DNA from: a virus
Virus record (IMG/VR): IMGVR_UViG_3300048577_000138
Coordinates: 1 to 37,817 of that record
Strand: one strand, 5' to 3'
DNA length: 37,817 nucleotides
Both the position numbers and the translations under genes were made by a program. Under the pieces are notes generated by a model. That model did not search any database, was not told where the DNA came from, and was given only the letters and a program-made list of their open reading frames with translations. This document shows, piece after piece, positions 1-7,376 of this stretch. Position 1 is the first letter of the stretch, and each line of letters begins with the position of its first letter.

Positions 1-127
1 GAGATTCCGGCGGCGACGCGGCTGTCGTCGGGGGACATAACGCGGCCGATCAGGCGGCTAGTGAAGTTGGCTTTGGCGACGCTGCCGACGATGGCGCCAA
101 GCGGTTTTTGCGTGGCAGCCAGGACGT
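1..127. repeat. Terminal overlap, copy 1 (identical to 37691..37817)
   Basis: Base-for-base identity read directly. The length equals SPAdes k=127, typical of a circular contig. Confidence 0.95.
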
Positions 128-872
128 TTATATTTTTGCTGCGCCCGATGGCCAGGATGGACGCCAGCCGCTGCATGGTGGATTTCAGGCGGGCTAGTTC
201 GGCCAGTTCGTCGATCACGAGCACCATGCGCGTGCCACGGCGGCCATTGCGGACGCGCAGTTCTTTCTCGCCAAACACCAGGTCAATGGCGTCGGCGGCG
301 CTATCAGCGTCGGTCGCCATGTATCGGGTGTGCGGCAGGCAGGCGAAGGGGGTCAGGTCTTCGTTCTTCAGGTCCACACAGATCAGGTGTAGGTCTTGCG
401 GGTTGGTGTACATGGTGAGTGAGCATAGCATGGCGGTGAGCAGGACGGATTTGCCGCTGCCGGTGGCGCCAGCGATCAGGGTGTGCGGGGTGCGCACCAG
501 GTCGATCACTTCTTCGCTGATCGATCCATCGAAGCCGTAGCTCTGGCCCAGAGCCATTGTGTGCGGAGGGCGGGGCTGCGCACCCATCGGTACGGGCTGG
601 GGGCGCGGGTGGGGCACTTCCAGCGCGAGGGGCATGTGGCGCAGGCGGATGGGGGTGGGCTGGCCGCGGTAGGCGCTGAGGATTTCGGCCAGCTCACGCA
701 GGCGGCTTTCAATGGCGGTGATGCGACCGCCGGCGCGCAGGCTGACGTTGAAGACGATGTAGGAGCGCCCGGCGACGTGGCTGCCGGTTTCGGTGACGGC
801 GGCGCCGATCCGGTAGTCTTTGAAGAAGCGGTTGATCAGGGCGATCTCTTCGTTGGCTTTGTTGGTCTTCAT
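1..872 (-). CDS. FtsK/SpoIIIE-family DNA-translocase-like ATPase, 5' part (gene continues across the circular junction to 37516; 348 aa in total)
   Basis: Not in the ORF track because it leaves the window. Minus-strand ATG at 872-870 overlaps the stop of 869..2644 (ATGA). Translation: MKTNKANEEIALINRFFKDYRIGAAV..., Walker A LIAGATGSGKSVLLTAM, Walker B RMVLVIDELAEL, NINVLAATQKP. The frame is open through nt 1. Confidence 0.8.
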   Translation of the reverse strand, partial: MKTNKANEEIALINRFFKDYRIGAAVTETGSHVAGRSYIVFNVSLRAGGRITAIESRLRELAEILSAYRGQPTPIRLRHMPLALEVPHPRPQPVPMGAQPRPPHTMALGQSYGFDGSISEEVIDLVRTPHTLIAGATGSGKSVLLTAMLCSLTMYTNPQDLHLICVDLKNEDLTPFACLPHTRYMATDADSAADAIDLVFGEKELRVRNGRRGTRMVLVIDELAELARLKSTMQRLASILAIGRSKNINVLAATQKPLGAIVGSVAKANFTSRLIGRVMSPDDSRVAAGI

Positions 873-2644
873 GCCTTGTCTTCCCATGCATAGGTTCCGT
901 TGGCGCCGTGGATGCTGATCGGCAATCCTTGGGCGCGGAGTTGTTCTAATGATACTGCGCCGCCGTCCGCAAGGGCCTTGGCATCATCCCACGCTTTGAA
1001 CATGTCCGACACGTAGCCGCGGGCGATGTCGCGATTGTTTTGCGCTGCCCATTCTCGGAAATCTGCCTGCGCGCCCTGCGGTCGCTGGCTGCGCCACCAG
1101 AACACCAGGTCACGCTTGGGGGCGGACCGAACGTCGAACGGGGGTTCGGGGAGGGGGGGTGTAGGGGTGTTCTCTCCCTGCCGTTCGGTGGCGTTCGGTG
1201 GCGTTCGGTCGTTCGCTCCCTCTGGTGAGGGGCGTTCGGTGGGCGCGGGCAGCAGCCGAACGTGACCGAACGGGGGGAGGCGCTGCAGGAGTTGCGGCAG
1301 GTGGGTGTCGCAATTCCAGGATTGATAGGCGACGCGGCGGTGCATGAATGCGCCGACGGCGGGCAGAGTGTCGGCTTCATACTCCTTGAGCAGCGATGCC
1401 TGCGAGGTGTCGAGCTGGTAAGCCAGGCGCAGTTTGCAGCCGCCGCGCACGATGGCGGGCAGTTTCTCTGGGGCCTGGTCCAACACGACGAAGTGGAACC
1501 CCGTCATGCGCGCCAGCCGGAACATCATTTCGAGCTTGTGATCGACGGCGGCCAGCTTGACGGCGCCGGCCTTCGACGCGGCGATCTCCTCGCGGATGGC
1601 GCCGAATTCCTCAAGCACCACCACGATCTCCGGGCCGGCGGACGCAGGCATCATGCGCCACTCGCCTACGCCGCGCTCTTGCATGAGGCGATGGCGGGCG
1701 GCGTGGACGGCGTAGAGGGCGGCCATCTGATCGCCAAAAATGTAGGCGTCGGTGGGCTGCCATTCGACGTGGCTGGCGAAGGGGCCAAAATCGACGCCGG
1801 CTTTGGGGTCCAGGCAGACGACGTGGTAGCCGTGGCGGGCGGCCAGGAGCATGGTTTGGTAGCCGGTGGATTTTGTTTTGCCCGTGCCGGACACGCCGAA
1901 CACTCCCAGGTTGAGATGCTCTCTTGGCTGCCAGATTGCCAGTTTGCCAGCGTCTGGGTTGTGGCCGAGTACGAATTGATCCGGGTTGGACTGGCGCAGG
2001 GCGTCGCCAAGTTGCAGCGGTTCATCTGGCACCGGTGTCGCCGGCGGTTCGCTGCCGATGACGAGCGGGGCGGGCAGGGCGGGGCGGGTGGGGCGTTCGA
2101 GCATGGGCTTGGCGCTGCCTCCCAGCCCGCCGGTCCGGTAGGTGCTGCCGTTGCTGGTGATGATGGCATCGTCGCCGGGGGTTTTGGCCTGCCACTCGGC
2201 GACTTTGGCGCGGGCGGCGGCGTGGCTGGCGTAGAGTGCGGGGTCGTAGCTGCCCAGCTCGCGCACGCCGCGGCTGCCGATGGCGAGCGCCGGCGCCATC
2301 ATCAGATCGGGATTGACGAGGATTTCGACTTGTTCGCCTGTCGCAGCGTCGCGCACTTTGTAGGTGCGCAGGCGGTGCGATCCGTCGCGCTGCTGGTTGT
2401 AGTTGTGCCAGGCTTTGGCGGCGAAGCGGCCTACCCAGACCAGGCCGGCGCCGGCGGCCAACGCCAGCACGAGGCGCGCGCAGAGGAAGGCCAGGTCGAT
2501 GGCCTGGCGGGTGTACTCGCCAGCGGCGCCGGTGATTGCCGGCATGGAATCCCACGCGCTGATCATCAGGATCGTGATGATCAGCGCGGCGGGTGTGAGG
2601 ACGATCAACAGCAACAGGGAGATCAATTTGTCCAGCGTCTTCAT
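869..2644 (-). CDS. Membrane-anchored FtsK/HerA-superfamily P-loop ATPase (TraB/TcpA-like architecture)
   Basis: 591 aa. Two N-terminal hydrophobic helices (LISLLLLIVLTPAALIITILMISAW; LAFLCARLVLALAAGAGLVWVG). Walker A GVFGVSGTGKTKST and Walker B-like EIVVVLEEFG. A P/T-rich linker precedes a helical C-terminal domain. Confidence 0.75.
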   Translation of the reverse strand: MKTLDKLISLLLLIVLTPAALIITILMISAWDSMPAITGAAGEYTRQAIDLAFLCARLVLALAAGAGLVWVGRFAAKAWHNYNQQRDGSHRLRTYKVRDAATGEQVEILVNPDLMMAPALAIGSRGVRELGSYDPALYASHAAARAKVAEWQAKTPGDDAIITSNGSTYRTGGLGGSAKPMLERPTRPALPAPLVIGSEPPATPVPDEPLQLGDALRQSNPDQFVLGHNPDAGKLAIWQPREHLNLGVFGVSGTGKTKSTGYQTMLLAARHGYHVVCLDPKAGVDFGPFASHVEWQPTDAYIFGDQMAALYAVHAARHRLMQERGVGEWRMMPASAGPEIVVVLEEFGAIREEIAASKAGAVKLAAVDHKLEMMFRLARMTGFHFVVLDQAPEKLPAIVRGGCKLRLAYQLDTSQASLLKEYEADTLPAVGAFMHRRVAYQSWNCDTHLPQLLQRLPPFGHVRLLPAPTERPSPEGANDRTPPNATERQGENTPTPPLPEPPFDVRSAPKRDLVFWWRSQRPQGAQADFREWAAQNNRDIARGYVSDMFKAWDDAKALADGGAVSLEQLRAQGLPISIHGANGTYAWEDKA

Positions 2645-2746
2645 TGCAGCCTACCTTTGCAGGTGGCCGTTGAGGGTGAATCGTGGTACGATTGTCCCCA
2701 GCGGCCTACGTCGCTACGCTCTAGCCCACTCTCTTGACCGGGATGG

Positions 2747-3184
2747 CTAGAGCGTTTCTTTTGCCTCCAACATGGCGAAGTACACGTCGGGGTGGATGCT
2801 CCAGACAATGCGGGCGTCGTCCGGGCGCGGGCTGGTGTCGCCGACAACCTCGCCAGGGGCGGCGGTGGCGCCGGCGGGCGGGGCGGGCGGGGGCATGATG
2901 TGCCACTGGCGACCGGTGAGGGCGCGGGCGCTGAATTGGATGTAGTCCAGAAGCTGCGCCAGGTCCGGGGCGGTGGTCAGCAGCAGGTAGACCAGATCGG
3001 CCTGGATGCGATCATAGACGGTGGCGTGGCGGTCGGCCTCCGTCTCTGCGGGGATCGGCTCGCCATCCACAACGGTGGCCGCGGCGAGCGGTTCGGCGTA
3101 GAGGGCGTTGGCGTTGGCGGCGGATGTGACCAGGCCGTGCAGCAGGGTGATCGTGTGGGTCTGGTAGTCGATGTTGGTGGTCAT
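2747..3184 (-). CDS. Hypothetical acidic protein (145 aa)
   Basis: Track ORF with coding-like composition, in the early operon. No family recognised. Confidence 0.55.
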   Translation of the reverse strand: MTTNIDYQTHTITLLHGLVTSAANANALYAEPLAAATVVDGEPIPAETEADRHATVYDRIQADLVYLLLTTAPDLAQLLDYIQFSARALTGRQWHIMPPPAPPAGATAAPGEVVGDTSPRPDDARIVWSIHPDVYFAMLEAKETL

Positions 3185-3197
3185 GGTGTTGTGTCTC

Positions 3198-3455
3198 CTA
3201 GCGATATTGTGACAGGTTGGGCAGGTCCAGCAGGGGGGCCTGTTCGGGCAGCGATTCCAGCGATTCCAGCAGGCCGGCGGCGCTGGCGGCCTGGATGATT
3301 TTGCTAAGCTCTTGCAGGGCGGCCAGGGCCTGGTCGATCTCCCTGACGGCGGCGCTTTTGCGTGGTTCGGCCAGCACGCGCATTCGCATGGTGCGCTCGG
3401 CTTTGAGCGCGGTTTGGATGGTGCGGTAGTGGGTGCGGGCGTCTTCGATTGTCAT
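3198..3455 (-). CDS. Hypothetical helical protein (85 aa)
   Basis: Track ORF in the early operon. Its start lies 4 nt after the stop of the upstream small ORF. Confidence 0.55.
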   Translation of the reverse strand: MTIEDARTHYRTIQTALKAERTMRMRVLAEPRKSAAVREIDQALAALQELSKIIQAASAAGLLESLESLPEQAPLLDLPNLSQYR

Positions 3456-3459
3456 GCGT

Positions 3460-3564
3460 TCAGCTCCCTGCGCCGGCGACGACGGCCACGAACCCGATTA
3501 GGCCGATGATGCCGACGATCAACATGATGTAAAACATGCCTGAGTAGCCTTCTTGGTCTTCCAC
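3460..3564 (-). CDS. Small single-pass membrane protein (34 aa, GTG start)
   Basis: Hand-translated: VEDQEGYSGMFYIMLIVGIIGLIGFVAVVAGAGS. GGAGA lies 5 nt upstream. It exactly fills the gap between two genes and is below the track size cutoff. Confidence 0.4.
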   Translation of the reverse strand: MEDQEGYSGMFYIMLIVGIIGLIGFVAVVAGAGS

Positions 3565-3565
3565 G

Positions 3566-4801
3566 TCAGTCTCCTTGTGCGATGAATTGGACCGCGGCGG
3601 GGCGGCCTGTGATGATGGTTAGTTTGCGGCTGGCCTGCGGCGCCAGGCGCAGGTTGAGCCATTCGACTTTGTGGCCCGGGGCGGCGGCCAGGAAGCGGTT
3701 GCGCTCGCTGTCGTGCTCCAGCAGCGCAGCGCCGTCCAGATGCTGCGCCAGTTCGGCAGCGAGCTGGCGCCAGGCGTGATCGGGGGTGCCGGGTTCGGGT
3801 TCCGGGTCGGGGCGCTGCAGGGGGCCGGCTGGCAGTTCGTAGCCGGCGGGCACGTAGCGGGTCGCAAGCTGCGCCAGGCTTTCGCCGTCTGCGTCAAGTT
3901 CGTCGCCGGGGGCGCCCATGTGACGCTGCCAGAGGGCGGTGCGGCGGTCGGCGGCGATGACGACCGCGGAAAATTCTTGATGATTGACCAGGCGCTTGAC
4001 CAGGGCGCCGACGCCATGCACGACGCCGGTGTCGAGTTGGCGGCGCCACTCGAACACGTGGGCGGCGATGCGCTGAAACGATAGGCCGGGGGTGGCGGCA
4101 AACTGGCGCGCGGGGCCGGGGGCCATGCCAACGTCGGGGTCGGTGAGCAGGGCGACGACGGCCACCTGGTCGGCGGAAAGGGGTTCGTGGCCGGCGGTTC
4201 CGGCGGTTCCGCCGTTTCCGGGTGGGCCGTGTTTGTTTGTTTGTTTGTTTTTCCCTTCTGAGGATAGGAGAGTACCAACTAACAAACTAACACCGCGCGC
4301 ACTCGCGTGCGTATGAGGTAGCTGATCATCTGGCGCGCGATTCGCGCGTGTGGTGATCATTTCGCGCGCCACGTGATCACTTGGGGGTGCGTCGCCGCCT
4401 TGCGGTTCGCCTTCCGGCGCGCGTGTGGTGATCATTTCGCGCGCTGCGTGATCACCTTGCTCTGCGCCGTCAGCTTGCGGGGTGGTTTGCGGCGCGCGTG
4501 TGGTGATCACTTTGATCGCCTGGTGATCACTTTGATCACTCTGCGCGCGCCAGTTAGCAAACCATATCTGGACGTGGCTGTTGCGCTTGTAGGTCAGGAT
4601 GCCAGCATTTTGCAGCGCGATGAGTTGGGCGCGTGCACGGTCACTGCTGATGCCGCCAGCCACGGCGCACAGGTCGGCATGGGCCAGCAGCAGGGCGCCG
4701 GTTGCGAGGTCGGCGCGCCGGAAGAGGCGCGTGGCGGTGCGGTAGATGTTGGGGCTGATGTCGAGCGCGTCCAGGCGATCAACAAAGCTGGCGAAGTCCA
4801 T
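3566..4801 (-). CDS. Putative replication initiator (lambda O-like logic) with the origin embedded in its coding sequence
   Basis: 411 aa with an N-terminal winged-helix-like domain. The central part encodes three 25-aa peptide repeats (..ITTRAP..) produced by 75-bp-spaced DNA iterons. An AT-rich stretch follows. Confidence 0.6.
   Translation of the reverse strand: MDFASFVDRLDALDISPNIYRTATRLFRRADLATGALLLAHADLCAVAGGISSDRARAQLIALQNAGILTYKRNSHVQIWFANWRAQSDQSDHQAIKVITTRAPQTTPQADGAEQGDHAAREMITTRAPEGEPQGGDAPPSDHVAREMITTRANRAPDDQLPHTHASARGVSLLVGTLLSSEGKNKQTNKHGPPGNGGTAGTAGHEPLSADQVAVVALLTDPDVGMAPGPARQFAATPGLSFQRIAAHVFEWRRQLDTGVVHGVGALVKRLVNHQEFSAVVIAADRRTALWQRHMGAPGDELDADGESLAQLATRYVPAGYELPAGPLQRPDPEPEPGTPDHAWRQLAAELAQHLDGAALLEHDSERNRFLAAAPGHKVEWLNLRLAPQASRKLTIITGRPAAVQFIAQGD
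4231..4292. repeat. AT-rich microsatellite patch next to the iterons: (GTTT)5 at 4231-4250 and AACTAACA x2 at 4277-4292 (candidate DNA-unwinding element)
   Basis: Read directly. This is the most AT-rich stretch inside an otherwise GC-rich gene. Confidence 0.5.
4322..4540. repeat. Iteron array (putative ori): GCGCGTGTGGTGATCA-type units at 4344, 4419 and 4494 (75-bp period), with 8 or more TGATCA/GATC boxes
   Basis: Read directly. GCGCGTGTGGTGATCATTTCGCGCGC occurs twice (4344-4369, 4419-4444), with a variant copy at 4494. GGTGATCAC/CGTGATCAC boxes start at about 4352, 4372, 4427, 4447, 4502 and 4522. Confidence 0.65.
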
Positions 4802-4804
4802 GCC

Positions 4805-6460
4805 CTAGTCCAGTTTTCTCACTGCGTGGCGCACGTGGGCGGCGATTTCATCGAGCATGTTGGCGAGTTCGTCGTGCCAGCCGCCAAGCACTGACTTGGC
4901 GGCCTTGAGGCTGGTGAGGGCGTCGCCAAGATGTATGCGGGCGACGGCGAAGGCGGTGGCCTCGTCGTCGTCGATACCGTCACTGGCGGCGGTGACGCCG
5001 GCGGCCTCGCTGGGTGTGGCGGCGTCGGCTGGGAGTTGGCCGGGACGGGTGGCGCGTTCCGCTTCGTAGCGTTCCTTGCGGTACAACCGGCTAGCGGCCT
5101 CTTGCACGCTAAATGCCCGATTGTCGAAAATCTGCGTTGCGATCCGCGCTGCAACGCGCCAGCGAGTGAATCGATTGAGTTCGTTCATGAAGTTGATGCC
5201 GGGCGCGCTCGTGTTCTGCCACCTGTCGTTCAGAGCGGCGTACTCCGCTTCGTCGTCGCTGTTCCAATCTGCGTAGCCTTCCCAGGTGTGGCAATCAATG
5301 CCGACGGTGAGTACCCGCGTCGGGAGCGGCGCGGCGGGCTGGTGGACGCGCCCGCCAGGCAGGCCGGGCGGAACCCAGGCCGGGGCAGCGCTCTCATACT
5401 GGCGCTCGGTTGGCGCTGGCGCTGGCGCTGCGTCGGCGTCCATCTGCTCGGCGACGCGGATCATCGCGTTTACGACGCGCGTCTGTGACCAGGCGCCGGG
5501 GTGGGCGGTTTCGACGTTCGCCATGATGGTGTCAAAGAGCCAATGGCCTCTGCGCTGCCGGATGGCGGACCGCAGGTCGCTGGCTTTGAGGTTGGGACGC
5601 GCGGCGATCAGTTTGCACAGGTCGTCGTATGTGGGCGGGGTGGCGGCGCGCTTGATCGGGATGTCGATTGGGGCCGCGGCTATCGGTGCGGATGGCGGGG
5701 CTGCCGGCGGTGGAGCTGGGGCGGCCTGGCGGCGCTTCAGCTCCTGTTCTAGCGTGTCGGCTACGTTGTTGATGGCCTGCACCAGGTCGCGGCGGCGGTA
5801 TTCGATGCCGGCCTGCTCCAGGGCTTCCTCTACATCGTGTAGCAGGGCGCTGCCGGTTGTTCGGGCGGCGGCGCGCATGGCGCTGATCCATGTGGCGGAC
5901 TGCTTGCCGTCCGGCCATTTTTGAGCGATGACGCTGCCGACCTTGCTCTGAATCTCCCAGACCGATGCGTAGGAGGGCGGCGCGGGCTTGTGTTTGTCGA
6001 TCACTGCCTGCACCTGCGTCTTGGTGGGGCTGGCGCCGGCGGCCTGGGCCGCGTCGATCACTTCCTGCCGGGCCTCTTCGGGGACGGAGGGGCCGCTGAG
6101 CAGGTAGAGGGCGCTGTCGGACAAAAACGACACGGTGTCGCTTTTGCCGCCGAATGTCTCGGCCACGGCCATCATGCGCTGGGCGGTGCGCAGGCTCATT
6201 TCGAACTCGGTCTGGCACCAATCCGAAAACTGGCCGTGCGGCAGCATCTCTTTGACGGTGGCGAGGCGCTGGCCGATGTCGATCAGGGATTCCTGCGCCT
6301 TGCGACCGCTGCGCACGATGGCGACGGCGGCGGCCTGCACGTGGCTGCGGCTGGCTTCGGCAATCTGGCTGTAGTCATAGCGCAGGCTGGCGCGGATGGC
6401 GCTGTCCGGGCTGCCTAGCAGGTCGCCGAGTATGTCGGGCACTTGTGGGCGGGATGGCAT
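4805..6460 (-). CDS. DUF3102-domain protein (551 aa)
   Basis: The N-terminal segment LIDIGQRLATVKEMLPHGQFSDWCQTEFEMSLRTAQRMMAVAETFG...LSDSALYLLSGPSVPEEARQEVI matches the remembered DUF3102 pattern. Pro/Ala-rich linkers follow. AAGGAG RBS. Confidence 0.7.
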   Translation of the reverse strand: MPSRPQVPDILGDLLGSPDSAIRASLRYDYSQIAEASRSHVQAAAVAIVRSGRKAQESLIDIGQRLATVKEMLPHGQFSDWCQTEFEMSLRTAQRMMAVAETFGGKSDTVSFLSDSALYLLSGPSVPEEARQEVIDAAQAAGASPTKTQVQAVIDKHKPAPPSYASVWEIQSKVGSVIAQKWPDGKQSATWISAMRAAARTTGSALLHDVEEALEQAGIEYRRRDLVQAINNVADTLEQELKRRQAAPAPPPAAPPSAPIAAAPIDIPIKRAATPPTYDDLCKLIAARPNLKASDLRSAIRQRRGHWLFDTIMANVETAHPGAWSQTRVVNAMIRVAEQMDADAAPAPAPTERQYESAAPAWVPPGLPGGRVHQPAAPLPTRVLTVGIDCHTWEGYADWNSDDEAEYAALNDRWQNTSAPGINFMNELNRFTRWRVAARIATQIFDNRAFSVQEAASRLYRKERYEAERATRPGQLPADAATPSEAAGVTAASDGIDDDEATAFAVARIHLGDALTSLKAAKSVLGGWHDELANMLDEIAAHVRHAVRKLD

Positions 6461-6462
6461 GA

Positions 6463-6648
6463 CTACTCCTTTGCTTCCTGCGCTGCGGGCGGCTCCAGGG
6501 CGGCCAGGCGCTTGCGCAGCAGGGCGATCTCGGTGGCTGCGGCCAGGATGGTTGAGCGCGGCACGGGCGGCACGGCGAAGGCGTTTTCGGGCGTCAGGAT
6601 CAGGATGCGATTGAGTTTGGATAGGATGTCGCTGGGACTGTTGGTCAT
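6463..6648 (-). CDS. Hypothetical protein (61 aa)
   Basis: Only the last 61 codons of track ORF 6463..7047 look coding: MTNSPSDILSKLNRILILTPENAF.... ATG at 6648 with a GAGGA RBS. The stop lies 2 nt before the next start. Confidence 0.5.
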   Translation of the reverse strand: MTNSPSDILSKLNRILILTPENAFAVPPVPRSTILAAATEIALLRKRLAALEPPAAQEAKE

Positions 6649-6658
6649 GGTCGGGTCC

Positions 6659-7063
6659 TCACTTGCTGTAAAAGTCTTCGTCACGGTGGCTGCCGGTGAG
6701 CAGGTTCTCGGTGTAGTAGCGGGCGCGCCAGTCCTGGATTGCGCCGGGGTGGCTGGCGTTGGGGCGCAGAGGGCTGCGCGGGGAGGTGGCGCCGGCGAGC
6801 ACTTCGTAGTTGTAGGCGCCGAGCGCGCCGAAGTAGCGTCGCTGGGCGCGGTCGTCTCCGCCGAAATGCCGGCGCACCATGACGCGCCAGCCCTTGCGGG
6901 CGATGGCTTTGCGGCGGCGTTTGCTGAGTGCCTGCGCGCGGGCGCGGCCTCCGGCGGATGATATGCGGTTGTTGCGCACGAAGCGACCGCGGTTGTCGCG
7001 TTCACGGGGTGGCGCGGGATCGGGAAAATCGGTGACAAGTGGAACACTCTCTGGTATACTCAT
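6659..7063 (-). CDS. Basic hypothetical protein, first gene of the early operon (134 aa; alternative TTG start at 7093)
   Basis: Track ORF 6659..7093 with the first ATG at 7063. It has an Arg/Lys-rich segment, GGRARAQALSKRRRKAIARKGW. Confidence 0.55.
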   Translation of the reverse strand: MSIPESVPLVTDFPDPAPPRERDNRGRFVRNNRISSAGGRARAQALSKRRRKAIARKGWRVMVRRHFGGDDRAQRRYFGALGAYNYEVLAGATSPRSPLRPNASHPGAIQDWRARYYTENLLTGSHRDEDFYSK

Positions 7064-7097
7064 GGTGCAAATGTCTTTCGGGCGATTGCCCAACTCT

Positions 7098-7140
7098 GCC
7101 GCCGCGGTGCGCTATCACCGCGGCGGCGCTGTTTTGTTGG
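7098..7140 (+). terminator. Intrinsic-terminator-like hairpin, plus-strand orientation, upstream of int
   Basis: Perfect 12-bp stem GCCGCCGCGGTG/CACCGCGGCGGC with loop CGCTAT, followed by GCTGTTTTGTT. Confidence 0.5.
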
Positions 7141-7376
7141 GTGGCGGGGGCTATCCGCCGGAAATGCCGTGCCGTCGCAACTGGCGGGCTGCGGCGGCCC
7201 TGTGTGGGTCTGACGGTGACAAGTGCCGGTTGTCGTGCGTTGATCCGTCAGGCCCACAAAGGGAAGATCATCAACGTTTGGTCAATGTCTTCGTGGTAAA
7301 CTGGTGACGCTGCTCCCCACGAGTAGGCGCCGCCAGGTGTACCCCAACCATCCCCAACGGTAGACTGGAGGCATGT

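Noticed and set aside
1-127. Terminal repeat as a biological LTR, transposon end or phage direct terminal repeat
   Set aside because: The exact 127-nt length equals a standard assembler k-mer, and the repeat falls in the middle of a conserved FtsK-type coding sequence. It is most likely an assembly overlap. True termini need read-level data.
61-893. Plus-strand track ORFs 61..540 (159 aa) and 483..893 (136 aa)
   Set aside because: Their Arg/Ser/Ala-rich, low-complexity composition is typical of an antisense frame. The minus strand here encodes a clean FtsK-type protein with Walker A and B motifs.
1262-2737. 491-aa plus-strand ORF antisense to the TraB-like gene. Similar long shadow ORFs: 12124..12921(-), 14158..15078(-), 16844..17860(-), 19152..20630(-), 20643..21935(-), 24654..25940(-), 27947..29299(-), 30126..32048(-), 32049..32711(-)
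   Set aside because: These are high-GC shadow frames. They have extreme Arg/Pro/Ala/Gly bias, no RBS or coupling logic, and each lies opposite a gene with recognisable phage protein motifs.
4322-4540. CRISPR-like array, given regularly spaced repeats with a 75-bp period
   Set aside because: The repeats lie in frame inside a protein-coding gene, and the intervening sequences are themselves partly repeated. There are no cas genes. An iteron/ori interpretation fits better.
6463-7047. 194-aa minus-strand track ORF
   Set aside because: Its N-terminal two thirds overlap the better-supported gene 6659..7063 in another frame and look non-coding. Only the last 61 codons (6463..6648) were kept.
7141-7376. 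Sigma70-type early (minus-strand) and int (plus-strand) promoters in the divergent intergenic region
   Set aside because: Candidate hexamers (for example TTGACC or TTGGTC) lack a properly spaced -10 partner. No promoter call could be supported by eye.
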